Assembly (NCBI RefSeq): GCF_006345805.1
Contig: NW_021826217.1
Location: 1-36,754, forward strand
Reading direction: 5' to 3'
Source: Octopus sinensis
Taxonomy: Eukaryota
DNA length: 36,754 bases
In this document: one piece after another, positions 22,620-34,213 of the stretch
How the letters are laid out: the number at the start of each line of letters is the position of its first letter
Numbering within the stretch: position 1 is the stretch's first letter
The notes under the pieces: generated by a model
Told to the model about the DNA's origin: nothing
The model's database searches: none
Seen by the model: only the letters and a program-made list of their open reading frames with translations
Translations under genes and position numbers: made by a program

Positions 22620-23106
22620 ATAGTCTCAGAACATAAATTAAAGTAACTATATTACCACAAGTTACTTTGTTCACTGCTTTCTAATTCTGCCAATCCACCG
22701 AGAAAGAGTTAGCCGCTATGTGGCCACAAGCTCTACTAGAAATAACAGGCGAATCTCTAGCATATTACACTCTGCTGTCAAATATTGGAACAGATACAAC
22801 AGAAAATGTACCAATCATGTGCTGGAGTTGATTCTTTATTTCTCTCTCACTATCTTCATTTGCACGCCCGCATCTGTCTGTCAATGTACGTGTCTTTCTC
22901 TATGCATGCCTTTCTATCTGTCTGTCTCTGTTTCTGGAAGAATTCGGTCTATCCTGAGAGTAGGGTAGACACCTGTAGGTCTAAAAGTGCCCAAGACATG
23001 CTGAATGTCACCACGACGCCCCTACGATACTATCAGGAGTTAAGGATCCAAGACAATGGAAAATGTAGTTGTCAATATATTGTCTAGACAGCCAGCGATC
23101 TGGCAG

Positions 23107-23454
23107 AATCGAGCAAATCGACCCCAGGACTTATTCTTTGTAAGCCTAGTACTTATTCTATCGGTATCTTTTGCCGAATCGCTAAGTTACGGGGACGTAA
23201 ACACACCAGCATCGGTTGTCAAGCAATGTTGGTGGGGACAAACACAGACACACAAACATATATATATATATATATACATACATATATACGACGGGCTTCT
23301 TTCAGTTTCCGTCTACCAAATCCACTCACAAGGCTTTGGTCGGCCTGAGGCTATAGTAGAAGACACTTGCCCAAGGTGCCACGCAGTGGGGACTAAACCC
23401 GGAACCATGTGGTTGGTAAGCAAGCTACTTACCACACAGCCACTCCTACGCCTT
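23107..23454 (-). mobile_element. Family B SINE lacking the 3' tail
   Basis: High similarity to 4431-4826 in reverse orientation. Confidence 0.9.
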
Positions 23455-24000
23455 ATATAGGCTAGACAAAAATGTCTATACCTAAAATAAGCATTATTTC
23501 TGTTTTATTTTCTTGATACGGAAATCGAAGACTAATATCATATGTGCTAGTCATACTTGTCGCAGCTACATTGATTTATAGATTAGTAGAGACTATAAAC
23601 AAAATTAGCGTTAAATGTATTCTTACCGTTTTATCAAAGACCGTTTCCTGTTAATCATTTCAACTTTTTATTAGTTTCAGTCGTTGAGCTGCAGCAATGC
23701 TGGGGCACCACTTTGAAGGGTTTTAGTCGAACAAATCGATTCCAGTACTTATTCCTTAAGTATTGACCTTTAAATTTTTTGGGAAAAAATGTGGATTGTC
23801 CTCGAGGATTTACGGTATACATACATGCACCCAACACACATAAATACATACAAACATATATCTCTACATGCATGCACCAATCCATCCATCCATCCAATTT
23901 AGCTACATTCATAGAAACATACATACATACATACATACATACATACATACATACATACATACATACATACATACATACATACATGCATGCATACATACAT

Positions 24001-24395
24001 ATGAGGAACTTACAACTCTTGTACCCTAACTATGAATTCTCATTCGTACCTATTACCATAGGTGCATTAGGTTATGCACCAACAAATTTGTACAAAAACC
24101 TATAAGTATTCAGTTTCATGGAGAAAGAGTAAAAGAAACAGACGTAGGTTCTCCAAATCCAATCTATTAGTGACACACTGAAGATCTGTAAGACATTCCA
24201 AAAATTCTCCATGTGAGATTCTTATGTGAACAGATGCACACACTTTGGTGTATGCATCGATAGCTCAACCAACACAGCGACTCAACTACATATTTACAAA
24301 CATCGGGAACTCTCTTAACTCAAAAAAGCTTGTCGCTTTCTTAGTGACCGGCTTGAACTCACCCAAGAAGGACTTAAATTAAACTTAAAGAAAAG
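24001..24395 (+). mobile_element. R4/Dong-like LINE fragment: extreme C-terminus and 3' UTR
   Basis: [25 protein letters not shown] and LQIQSISDTLKICKTFQKFSM* are paralogous to the 9500-9709 translation. Confidence 0.7.
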
Positions 24396-24673
24396 ACATA
24401 CATACATGTATTCATTCATACGTTCTACCTACCTACCTACCTACCTACCTACATACTACATACCTACATACATACATACATACATACATACATACATACA
24501 TACATACATACATGCATATATTGCATACATAAATATACGTATGTATATACATGCATGCATTCTTACATCAAGACCATCCATACGTGCATGCATTTAGTCT
24601 ACCTATCTTCTTCCTTTTGTACCTATGTAGGTACAGTACATACGTACACACACACACACACACATACACACAC

Positions 24674-24735
<62 letters not shown>

Positions 24736-24738
<3 letters not shown>

Positions 24739-25063
24739 ATCAGCAGCGGCCCCCAAAATGTCAATACCTTTCAATACAGTATGATGATGTTGCTAAAATA
24801 ATATACAATCCTATCAGTAAGGAAGGATTGCCGAGGTTTAGATATATAGAAAATTATTCTGTTGTTGCGCACATACATACGTATCCACACAAGAAATATT
24901 AGGGGAACATTCCCGTCAAAACTTCTGCCAAGTGCAGAGATAACAAGATAACAAGCCTGGTATAGTTGTTTTGGGATAGAAAAGGAAAATTATGTACAGT
25001 TATGAAGGTCAACAGCCTAACAGATGTGAACATTTGTCTCAAAAGCAGGGAGAAAGAGGATAC
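24736..25063 (+). mobile_element. R4/Dong-like LINE fragment: post-zinc-knuckle to endonuclease region
   Basis: tgatcagcagcggccccaaaatgtca aligns to 9212-9237. Translations: YDDVAKIIYN, NIPVKTSAKC, NKPGIVV and WDRKGKLCTVMKVNSLTDVNICLKSREKEDTY. Confidence 0.7.
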
Positions 25064-25075
25064 GTACACACACGT

Positions 25076-25106
<31 letters not shown>

Positions 25107-25159
25107 CCACACACACACATACACATTGAAGGTTCTCCTCCCATGTTATAAATTCGCCT

Positions 25160-25380
25160 TTATCTTTTAATTGTTTGTCTGCAGCCATACTGGGGCACCG
25201 CCCTGAAAGATATTAGTCGAACAAATCGACCGCAAAGCTTACTCTTTTATTTTTTTGGTTGCGGCCATGCTGGAGCACCGCCCCATGCTTATATTATCAT
25301 TTTTTGTTCTTAAGTCTGGTACTTATTTTAGCGCTCTCTCTTGTCGAACCGCTAAGTTACAGGAACGTAAACAAACCATC
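25160..25380 (-). mobile_element. Two degenerate family B 3' fragments
   Basis: gcggccatgctggagcaccgcc and gaaccgctaagttacaggaacgtaaac motifs. Confidence 0.6.
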
Positions 25381-25908
25381 CATATATGTAATCACACACA
25401 TACACTCTCTCTCTCATACACACTCACACACACATTCATACTCACACACACACACACTCACACACAAACATCCGTATACGTCTGCGTATAGTATTGGGAC
25501 AAAGAAAGTACTCATGAAAATTTTGATGCCTTTGGTAAAAACTTTTAGATCTGAGAATACCGGGATATCTAAGTTTTCGGAAAAGACATTTTGGTGGGCT
25601 CACGGTAATTCGCTGGCAACTCTGTTAGCTGGTGTATGGTCATAGAGCTACTACTCACTGTCCTGTATGGCTGTATTTGGGTTGCCGCCGAAAATTTCAT
25701 AACTGATCTATCTGCCCATCTTTACTATGCTAATTGCAACGACCATGACCACGATGACTACCAGAAACACTGTACCTTCGTTGTGTCGACAGATATCTTG
25801 TGACCTGGTACTACGTCTCTGGATTGTGTCGAGTTGCCCTGCCTTTATTCAGGGTTGCATATCCGGCATCCGTCATCTACAAATTTATTTGATAAGCACT
25901 TTTGCAAT

Positions 25909-26117
25909 ACTGGCAGAATTGTTAGCACGCCAGGCAAAATACTTAGCAGCATTTTGTCTGTCTTTACATTCTGAGTTCAAATTCTACCTAGGTTAACTTT
26001 GTCTTTCATCCTTTCGGGGTCAATAAAACAAGTACCAGTTGAGCTCTCGGGACGATATAATCGACTTACCAACTCCCCCGATATTGCTAGCCTTGTGCCG
26101 AAATTTGAAACCAATAT
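25909..26117 (+). mobile_element. Family A SINE (A1 tail)
   Basis: ctggcagaattgttagcacgcc head, gagttcaaattc, and ccttgtgccgaaatttgaaaccaata tail. Confidence 0.85.
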
Positions 26118-26431
26118 AACAACGGTATGAATCGTTGATTAGTTAGACATGTGATGCCATAGGCATGTTAATTCACGAAGCAGGTCTGCAGGATGATGAC
26201 TTAGGAACATCTCTTGACACCACTGCACCGTGGGTGGATGCACGGGTTGTTACGTTAGTTGATTATTTCGAAGGATGATCACTGTTGACGCCATCTTGTC
26301 TATCGTTAGACATAACTGACAAAATAAGAGTACCAGTTTGTGGGACTATATTCGAGCACGGGGTGCCACGAATATAAATATATGTATATATATATATACA
26401 CATATACACACACATATAAATATACACATAT

Positions 26432-26476
<45 letters not shown>

Positions 26477-26518
26477 TATACATATATATATATATACATA
26501 CATACATACATACATACA

Positions 26519-26553
<35 letters not shown>

Positions 26554-27940
26554 CAACACCAGGTATACACTACATGAATATTTATTTTTAAAACTATTTG
26601 GTTCAAGTTTGTTGATATGATTTATATCTCTGTATATGAATTTAATAACGTCTAAACCTCGTTTCATATACTCACGACACTTACGAGTTGGGGTCTGAGG
26701 CGTGATTAAGGTTATGAAAGCTCCTTTCGAAGGCTCCCTGCGTGCTCTAGAAACTATTAATATTTTTTTAACTAATAACAATCTTAATAATGGAACTATT
26801 TTTAGTCAGTAGTTATTTTATAGCATTATATTAAAAATATTCAGGAACGTTTATAAGAAAACATTGATAACATAAGACATCAATGTTTGTTTCAAAGGGA
26901 AATAAAACTGTTGAGATATAATCCCCACCCCCGCTCTTCAACGTAGTTTATATTTCACAATTTTCAATATTCTATCTCTCGCAGTGCCTTAGAAAAATAA
27001 AGAAACTAATATGAAGGAGTAAGAATCCTCATCTTTCTCTGTGTTCACAGTAACTTACCACCGCCTCCTTTTCTACAGAATAACCGCTGAGAATAAATAC
27101 ATGCACGGCATGATTATCTGGCAGTGAAGTTGTCGCCTGCTGAGTGCAAAACAAATAAGAGCTGTTCCGGAAAACTAGCATACGTGATATAATCCCACCA
27201 TCGTCCCCTCAATAAAAAGAAAACCTAAAACTAAAAATAAAAATAAAAATAAAAATAAAGCGATAGCAAAAATCAGAAGCAAGCTGGATATGATCAGAAG
27301 AGAGAATAAAATTGATAATGTATAGCCTTTTGTGATTTAGGGGAGATCAGAGAATACTGTCGGAATGAGGTGAGATTAATTCCTAATTCATGTCGATTCT
27401 CGGCTTCAGTTTTAATATATTTGGGGAAAACATTAAATACCGCGATATTTTCTTTTTTATCTAATATAAAATAAGGGTTTCTTGCCGATGTATCAGAAAA
27501 AATTATTATTATTAAGTTCAATGGATTAGCAGAATTTATGGAACAACAGATAAAATGCTTTGCGGTGTTTAGTTACGTTTCTGTCTAATGACTTTAGATC
27601 TTGCTGGGAACGGGCTTCTTGTCTTTCACCCTCCTGGGGTTGATAAAACAAAAAGTGCCGGTGAAGTACTGGAGTCGATTCGTTACTTCTAACCCTGTGC
27701 CTACATCAAGGATCGTTAGTACGCCTGACTTAAACTATATATATATATATATATATAGATATATATATTTATTTATATATACACGTATATAACACACGCG
27801 TGCGCGGGCTCACTCACTCACATATAGACACATGTTCTTACACACACACACACATACATATGCTTGCTCTTATGTCAGGTTATATATAAAAACAATTTGA
27901 TGTTAAATTGAAAGATTACTCAATAAACTTTTTGAAGAGT

Positions 27941-28085
27941 ACATGTTTATCAAACTTTTACCAGAAGACAAGTGACAGTGACTTTGACGTTTTGGATTGT
28001 TAGCTTTCAAAAGTTAGACGAAGGCTAACAAGCGAAAACTTCGAAGTCACTGTCATCCTTCTTCTTGTAAAAGTTTAATACATGT
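27941..28085. repeat. Imperfect fold-back element (about 66-bp arms, 11-nt loop)
   Basis: acatgt...aaacttttac..agaaga...tgacagtgactt...ttgttagc.ttc pairs with the reverse complement of 28020-28085. Confidence 0.85.
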
Positions 28086-28111
28086 ATGTGTGAGTGTATG
28101 TGTCTATATAT

Positions 28112-28343
28112 ATTTCTTTACTACCCACAAGGGGCTAAACACAGAGAGGACAAACAAGGACAGACAAAGGGATTAAGTCGATTACATCGACCCCAGTGCG
28201 TAACTGGTACTTAATTTATCGACCCCGAAAGGATGAAAGGCAAAGTCGACCTCGGCGAACTTTGAACTCGGAACGCAACGACAAACGAAATACGGCTACG
28301 AATTTCGCCCGGCGTGCTAACGTTTCTGCCAGCTCGCCGCCTT
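28112..28343 (-). mobile_element. Full-length family A2 SINE with 14-bp TSD
   Basis: TSD atgtgtctatatat at 28098-28111 and 28348-28361. Confidence 0.9.
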
Positions 28344-28446
28344 CTAAATGTGTCTATATATGTGTGTGAGTGTGTGTGTTCGTGTGTGTGCGCACGCGTA
28401 TGCGTGTGTATATACTGAGGGATTCTACCTTCTGACAAGATTGATA

Positions 28447-28678
28447 TATTTCTTTACTGCCCACAAGGGTTAAACATAGAGGGGACAAACAAGGACAGAC
28501 AAAGGGATTAAGTCGATTACATCGATCCCAGTGCGAAACTGGTACTTTATTTATCGACCCCGAAAGGATGAAAGGCAAAGTCGACCTCGGCGGAATTTGA
28601 ACTCAGAACGTAACGACAGACGAAATACGGCTAAGCATTTCGCCCGGCGCGCTAACGGTTCTGCCAGCTCGCCGCCTT
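28447..28678 (-). mobile_element. Full-length family A2 SINE with 19-bp TSD
   Basis: TSD ccttct(g/a)acaagattgata at 28428-28446 and 28679-28697. Confidence 0.9.
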
Positions 28679-29080
28679 CCTTCTAACAAGATTGATAACA
28701 ACATTCTGGATATTTCATTGGACCTTCATCTAAACGCTTCAAGTGAGCAAAAGGAAACATAAACTTGAAGTTTCAAGCAGAATCGAAGTATTGACAGATT
28801 TTGCCTCAGTAAAATAGGAAGAGGCACATTCTTAATATCGATCTAAAAACTAATACAATAGGGTCAATATTATATAATATATATATCAGACAAATGTTCA
28901 AATCTTTTCAAAACTGAGAACAAAGTCTCACACTGTAAAAGTAAAGAACTCAAGAATGTCCAATGTAATGATATTCCATGTGAGTCAAGAGTAGCGGGGC
29001 ACATTATGGGCCTTAACGGGACCCAGGAGGGAAATGAAAATCACAGTGTATATATTGCTGGAGGAGCAATTTTATTTTTC

Positions 29081-29446
29081 TTACTTTTTTACTTGTTTCA
29101 GTCATTTGACTGCGGCCATGCTGGAGCACCGCATTTAATCGAGCAACTCGACCCCGGGACTTATCCTTTTGTAAGCCCAGTACTTATTTTATCGGTGTCT
29201 TTTGCCGAACCGCTAAGTAATGCTAGGGGGACAAATACAGACACACAAACACACACACGCATATATATATATACATATATACGACGGGCTTCTTTCAGTT
29301 TCGGTCTACTAAATCCACTCACAAGGCTTTGGTCGGCCCGAAGCTATAGTAGAAGACACATGCCCAAGGTGCCACGTAGTGGGACTGAACCCGGAACCAT
29401 GTGGTTGGTAAACAAGCTACTTACCACACAGCCATTCCTGTGCCTA
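29081..29446 (-). mobile_element. Family B SINE with internal deletion
   Basis: Matches 30284-30699 but lacks about 40 bp between ccgctaagtaa and tgctagggg. Confidence 0.9.
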
Positions 29447-30283
29447 TGGTGGTCTTTTTTTTTCTTGGTGGTCTTTTTTTTTTGGTACATTTCTTTAGAA
29501 GAGCAGTTCCCGACATTTTATCTACGCGACCAGTTTTTTGGTAAATCAATTATCCTTTTAAATAAAATTTTAAAACTATTGAATAAAAAGCAATTTTCCA
29601 GAAATTTGTTTGGAGACATATTCTTTAGATTTTGTTAGCAATAAACGTTGTACTCCTATGCTTCATTATATAACACGTCTATGAACATTTTTACATTTTA
29701 TCAACTATTTCAAGATTATATTCTACTACAGAATATATCTATAAATTGTTAGCCAATACTATATGTAATAAAGATATGCAAATATTGTGTTTTTATAAAT
29801 GGTAATTTCGTGGTCAGAAAAAGAGCTCTCTACTGAATTAATTTCAGTCATGTGTTGGGTATTCATTAGCAATTGTGCACTCTCTTTAACTGTTCAGCAA
29901 GATTACTGCTTACAACCGCAATATTACTAAGGTTTTCCGGAAATCGAATTGATATATTTGCATAAACAACGCATTATGTTGGCAGCTAGTTTGATTAATA
30001 AAATCACTGATGCGTCAGCAGTATTGTATTTCAATGCTATACTGTACTACAAAATCTAACTATAATTTTTCCCCATATACATTATCTATAAACAGACGTA
30101 AACTTCGTTTCTTTATGTATAGTCATTCTAAATATACAGTTTTGGCTTCATATACAATTTGCTTATACGTATAACGTTGATTAAAAATCCGTATTACAGA
30201 ATATAATCACGGATTTGTTACCGATACCATGTCTATAAACAAATGTAAACATCTTCTCTTTATACACAATCTTTCTAAACATA

Positions 30284-30699
30284 TACTCTCTTTTACTCTT
30301 TTACTTGTTTCAGTCATTTGACTGCAGCCATGCTGGAGCACCGCCTTTAATCGTGCAACTCGACCCCGGGACTTATTCTTTTGTAAACCCAGTACTTATT
30401 CTATCGGTCTCTTTTGCCGAACCGCTAAGTAACGGGGACATAAACACACCAGCATCGGTTGTCAAGCAATGCTAGGGGGACAAACACAGACACACAAACA
30501 CACACACGCATATATATATATACATATATACATATATACAACGGGCTTCTTTCAGTTTCCGTCTACCAAATCCACTCACAAGGCTTTGGTCGGCCCGAGG
30601 CTATAGTAGAAGACACTTGCCCAAGGTGCCACGCAGTGGGACTGAACCCGGAACCATGTGGCTGGTAAGCAACTTACCACACAGCCACTCCTGCGCCTA
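30284..30699 (-). mobile_element. Family B SINE, full length
   Basis: Tail (ctctttta)n-cttgtttcagtcatttgac through to the head cagccactcctgcgccta. Confidence 0.9.
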
Positions 30700-30929
30700 T
30701 GTATTGTCTTCATATACACTTTGTCTAGATATACAGTGTTGGCTAAGATAAAAATCTATAGAGTATTCTGTACTACAAGTTCAACGTTGAAATACAACAC
30801 TGTAAACGCATCAGAAGTTTGATATATCAACAGCAAAAGTGTTTCGTTTTCGCGGCTCTTTAAGCCTTATAGTGCAACCATAAGTGGAGGACGGCGGTTC
30901 ACTTGGATGCCTTTTGCTGTAGGTGTTTG

Positions 30930-30979
30930 CAAAAGACCGTGTGTGTATGTGTGTGTGTGTATGTATGTATGTATGTATG

Positions 30980-31011
<32 letters not shown>

Positions 31012-31308
31012 TGTATAATGAAATGTATTTACATTTGCTCGTTTGTATGTGTGCATGCATGTGTGTGTAGTGTAAGTGTAATGTGTGGTGGTGTGTGTAG
31101 TGTGTGTGTATGTGTGTAGGTGTGTGTGTGTATGGAGTGTGTGGTGTGTGTATGTGTGTGTATGTTGTGTGAGGTGTGTGTGTGTGTATGGTGTGTGTGT
31201 TGTGTATTGGTGTTGTGTGTTGTGTGTGTGTAGTTGGTTGTGTTTGTGTATTTGTGTGTGTTGTGTTTGTATTTGTGTGTTGTATTGTGTGTGTGTGTGT
31301 TGTGTGTG

Positions 31309-31358
<50 letters not shown>

Positions 31359-31370
31359 TCGCGCGCACGT
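30930..31370. repeat. Long degenerate (TATG)n/(GT)n tract
   Basis: Directly visible. Confidence 0.95.
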
Positions 31371-32260
31371 GCGTGTGATGCCGTTCATTCAAATTTCGTT
31401 CACAAAATATCGGAACAATAAATTGTTTTTATGGTCATAAATTATCATATGCGATTCTAGACTCGGGATAAATTATCATATGTCGCTCTCCAGACTTATC
31501 ACCAAACACAGTGCATAATTGATAGGCTCGTAGACACATTCCATGCCAATGATGTGTTCACAAGTCCACTGACATCAATGCATATACATTATAAATGAAT
31601 ATTTATATGTGTTTTACACCCCACCATACACGTGTGTGAGGGTGTGAGTAAGTATACATGTATTCACGTGCTAACTTTCCAAACACATCAGTCCTATCTA
31701 TATTGATGAGCTCACGTGTCGATCGTGGCTCTTTCTGATTTGTCCCACCAAGACGTTTTGTATAGCTTAGGACCGTATTGTTTAATGCCCCTCTCTCTTT
31801 TTTTTAGAGACAACAGAGTGTTATTTGATGGCGATTTTGGTTGCTGTTCCTAACATGTTGAGCGATTTCAAAGGGGGTACTCTCATTGGCTCGTCTCATG
31901 CTGATTCTAAGATGAGTTTGCAGTGTCCAATCAACGGAACCACTTACTCATACTAAGATGTGATGGTCTGTGGTGTGTGTCTATTGTATATACATATATA
32001 TGTACACACACAACACAACACATATATATATATAATATATATATATAAAATATATTATTATATATATAATATATTATATATATATAATATATAATATGAT
32101 ATATATATAAATATATTATATCTATATATATATATATGATATATATATATATCTATATATATAATATATATAGATATATATATATATATATTATATATAT
32201 ATATATATAATATATATATACATATATAATATATTATAATATCTATTACTAGATATACTA

Positions 32261-32291
<31 letters not shown>

Positions 32292-32330
32292 TATATATAT
32301 ATATTATATATATATATATATATACATTTC

Positions 32331-32548
32331 GTGGAGGCGGCATGGCCCAGTGTTAGGGCAGCGGACTCGCGGTCGTAGGATCGCGGTTTCGATCCCAGAC
32401 CGGGCGGTGAGTGTTTATTGAGCGAAAACACTAAAGCCCAGAGGCTCCGGCAGAAAAGTGGTGCGATCCCTGCTGTACCCTTTCGCCACAACTTTCTCTC
32501 GCTCTTTCTTCTGTTGGCCTTTGCTCGCTTAGCCTTTTGGTCGGAATA
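32331..32548 (+). mobile_element. SINE with family C head and body but a different, short tail
   Basis: gtggaggcggcatggcccagtg...ccacaactttctctc aligns to the family C copy, then diverges (ctgttggcctttgctcgcttagcc). Confidence 0.8.
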
Positions 32549-32820
32549 TTATATATATATATATATATTTTGTGAAATAGAAAAGATGAATAATCTTGTT
32601 TGCAGATTAAACCAAAGTTTAAACCGATACTTGGTAGCAAAAATCACAGCAGAAGACACACGGTTGGAGGTACAACCATATGGTGTTGCACCGTGCGTTG
32701 ATGCGGATAATTGAATTTTAATATTATTAGTGAATTGAAGAAATGGATTGAACGAGATTGAATGCAATAAAACGATTTCTGTTCAATCTTCGTTCAACCA
32801 TTTCTTCAATTCACTAATAA

Positions 32821-32862
<42 letters not shown>

Positions 32863-32885
32863 TTTATATAGATAGATAGATATAT

Positions 32886-33070
32886 GTAGTTGGAATTTAC
32901 AAAAACAAAACGAAAGACGGAGACGGGTGTGTAAACGACAAAACAGATGTATTAGTTTAACGCTCGGGAAGTGAGAAAGTCTTTTAAGTGTCGAGCCCAC
33001 GAACTTTTACAGAAAGGAACATAGAAATAAGCAGAGAGAGAAAATAAAAAAGGTTTAGTGGCCAGCGATC
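32886..33070 (-). mobile_element. (TA)n-flanked small element of the hammerhead-motif family (PLE terminal-repeat-like), decayed motif
   Basis: The reverse complement aligns to 36411-36604 and more weakly to 3490-3648. Confidence 0.6.
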
Positions 33071-33074
33071 AATC

Positions 33075-33214
33075 ATATACATATATACATATATATGTAA
33101 TATATATCCATATATATATATGTATATACATATATATGTATATACACATATATGTATACACACATATAGATACATACACACACATATACATATACATACA
33201 TATACATACATGCA

Positions 33215-33251
<37 letters not shown>

Positions 33252-33465
33252 TACATACATATATATACATATATACATACATATATACATACATATATAC
33301 TTACATACATATATACATACATATATATACGTATATATATATATACATATATATACATATACATATACACATATATACATATACATATATATATATATAT
33401 AATATTTAAATAATGAGGGAGATAAATTGAATATAATTTAATTAATATCAATTTAAAACCAGTAG

Positions 33466-33512
<47 letters not shown>

Positions 33513-33530
33513 TATATATATATATATACA
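33075..33530. repeat. (TA)n/(CATA)n low-complexity tract
   Basis: Directly visible. Confidence 0.95.
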
Positions 33531-33852
33531 GTTACAAAATTGAGATAGGGGTTGTAAATGGGATACATATATCCATGGGATAACATATATCCATAGACTG
33601 CTAGTGAGTACCCACGAAGTTATAGTTAATACATAAATGTAGAATTGCGATGCAATAATTCAGTTACTGTATTATATGGGCAAAGGTAAAATGTTTTACC
33701 ACAAATTAATAAATAAAAATAAGGAAATGGAGAAATACATCTAAGTCAATTATCAACTACCAGGATAATGGTATTATCTGGTAGTTGATAATTGATTTAG
33801 ATGTATTTCTCCCCATTTTCTTTATTGTATATATATATATATATATATAGAT

Positions 33853-34098
33853 ATATTATATTAAATTAGAAAACAAAACCACTATTAGGCAAATCAAACA
33901 ATGAAAGACTTAAGCCCATACATATGATTAATTATATTATTTAAATATGTAACAAAATTATTTAAAAATATAATTAATTATATTTTTTAATAATGTGTTA
34001 CATATTTAAATAATATAAATTAATCATATGTATTGGCTTAAGTCTTTCATGTTGATTTGCCTAATAGTGGTTTGTCTCTAATTTATATAATATAATAT
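33853..34098. repeat. AT-rich palindrome, arms of about 123 bp, centre at 33975/33976
   Basis: ccactattaggcaaatcaa...gaaagacttaagcc.atacatatgattaat...tttaaatatgtaaca is mirrored on the other arm. Confidence 0.95.
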
Positions 34099-34213
34099 TT
34101 TACTATAAATTGGATTCAATCCTAAATCTGATTTTTCCCTGTAAGTTTGGATTTATTCCCTAATATTTATTATATATATATAGATAATATATATATATAT
34201 TATATATATATCT

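Noticed and set aside
9480-24100. Idea that the 9-kb and 24-kb R4/Dong pieces are one element split by 14.5 kb
   Set aside because: The 9-kb copy continues in another frame through its own C-terminus (ICKTFLKFEM*), so they are paralogs.
25740-25880. Minus-strand QLDTIQRRSTR, similar to the CR1/L2 RT C-terminus
   Set aside because: Too short to support, and flanking motifs are not recovered.
26560-26870. Possible piggyBac transposase C-terminal remnant (ORF 26263..26781, RARREPSKGAFITLITP)
   Set aside because: Resemblance is impressionistic, with no catalytic or cysteine-rich motif visible. Needs an HMM search.
29490-29960. Possible hAT remnant (gagcagttcccgacatttt end; minus-strand NEYP...LPFIKTQYL)
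   Set aside because: Short, frameshifted and low-identity similarity, and no second terminus or TSD found.
30830-30920. 10-bp stem acagcaaaag/cttttgctgt enclosing about 70 nt
   Set aside because: Stems of this length and spacing are expected by chance in 36 kb.
1886-32548. tRNA genes at SINE heads
   Set aside because: A and B boxes are present, but there is no complete cloverleaf and each continues into a SINE body.
607-33451. Long low-complexity ORFs (poly-I, poly-V/Y, MYVC, THT, YI)
   Set aside because: They are translations of microsatellites or SINEs with no other coding evidence.
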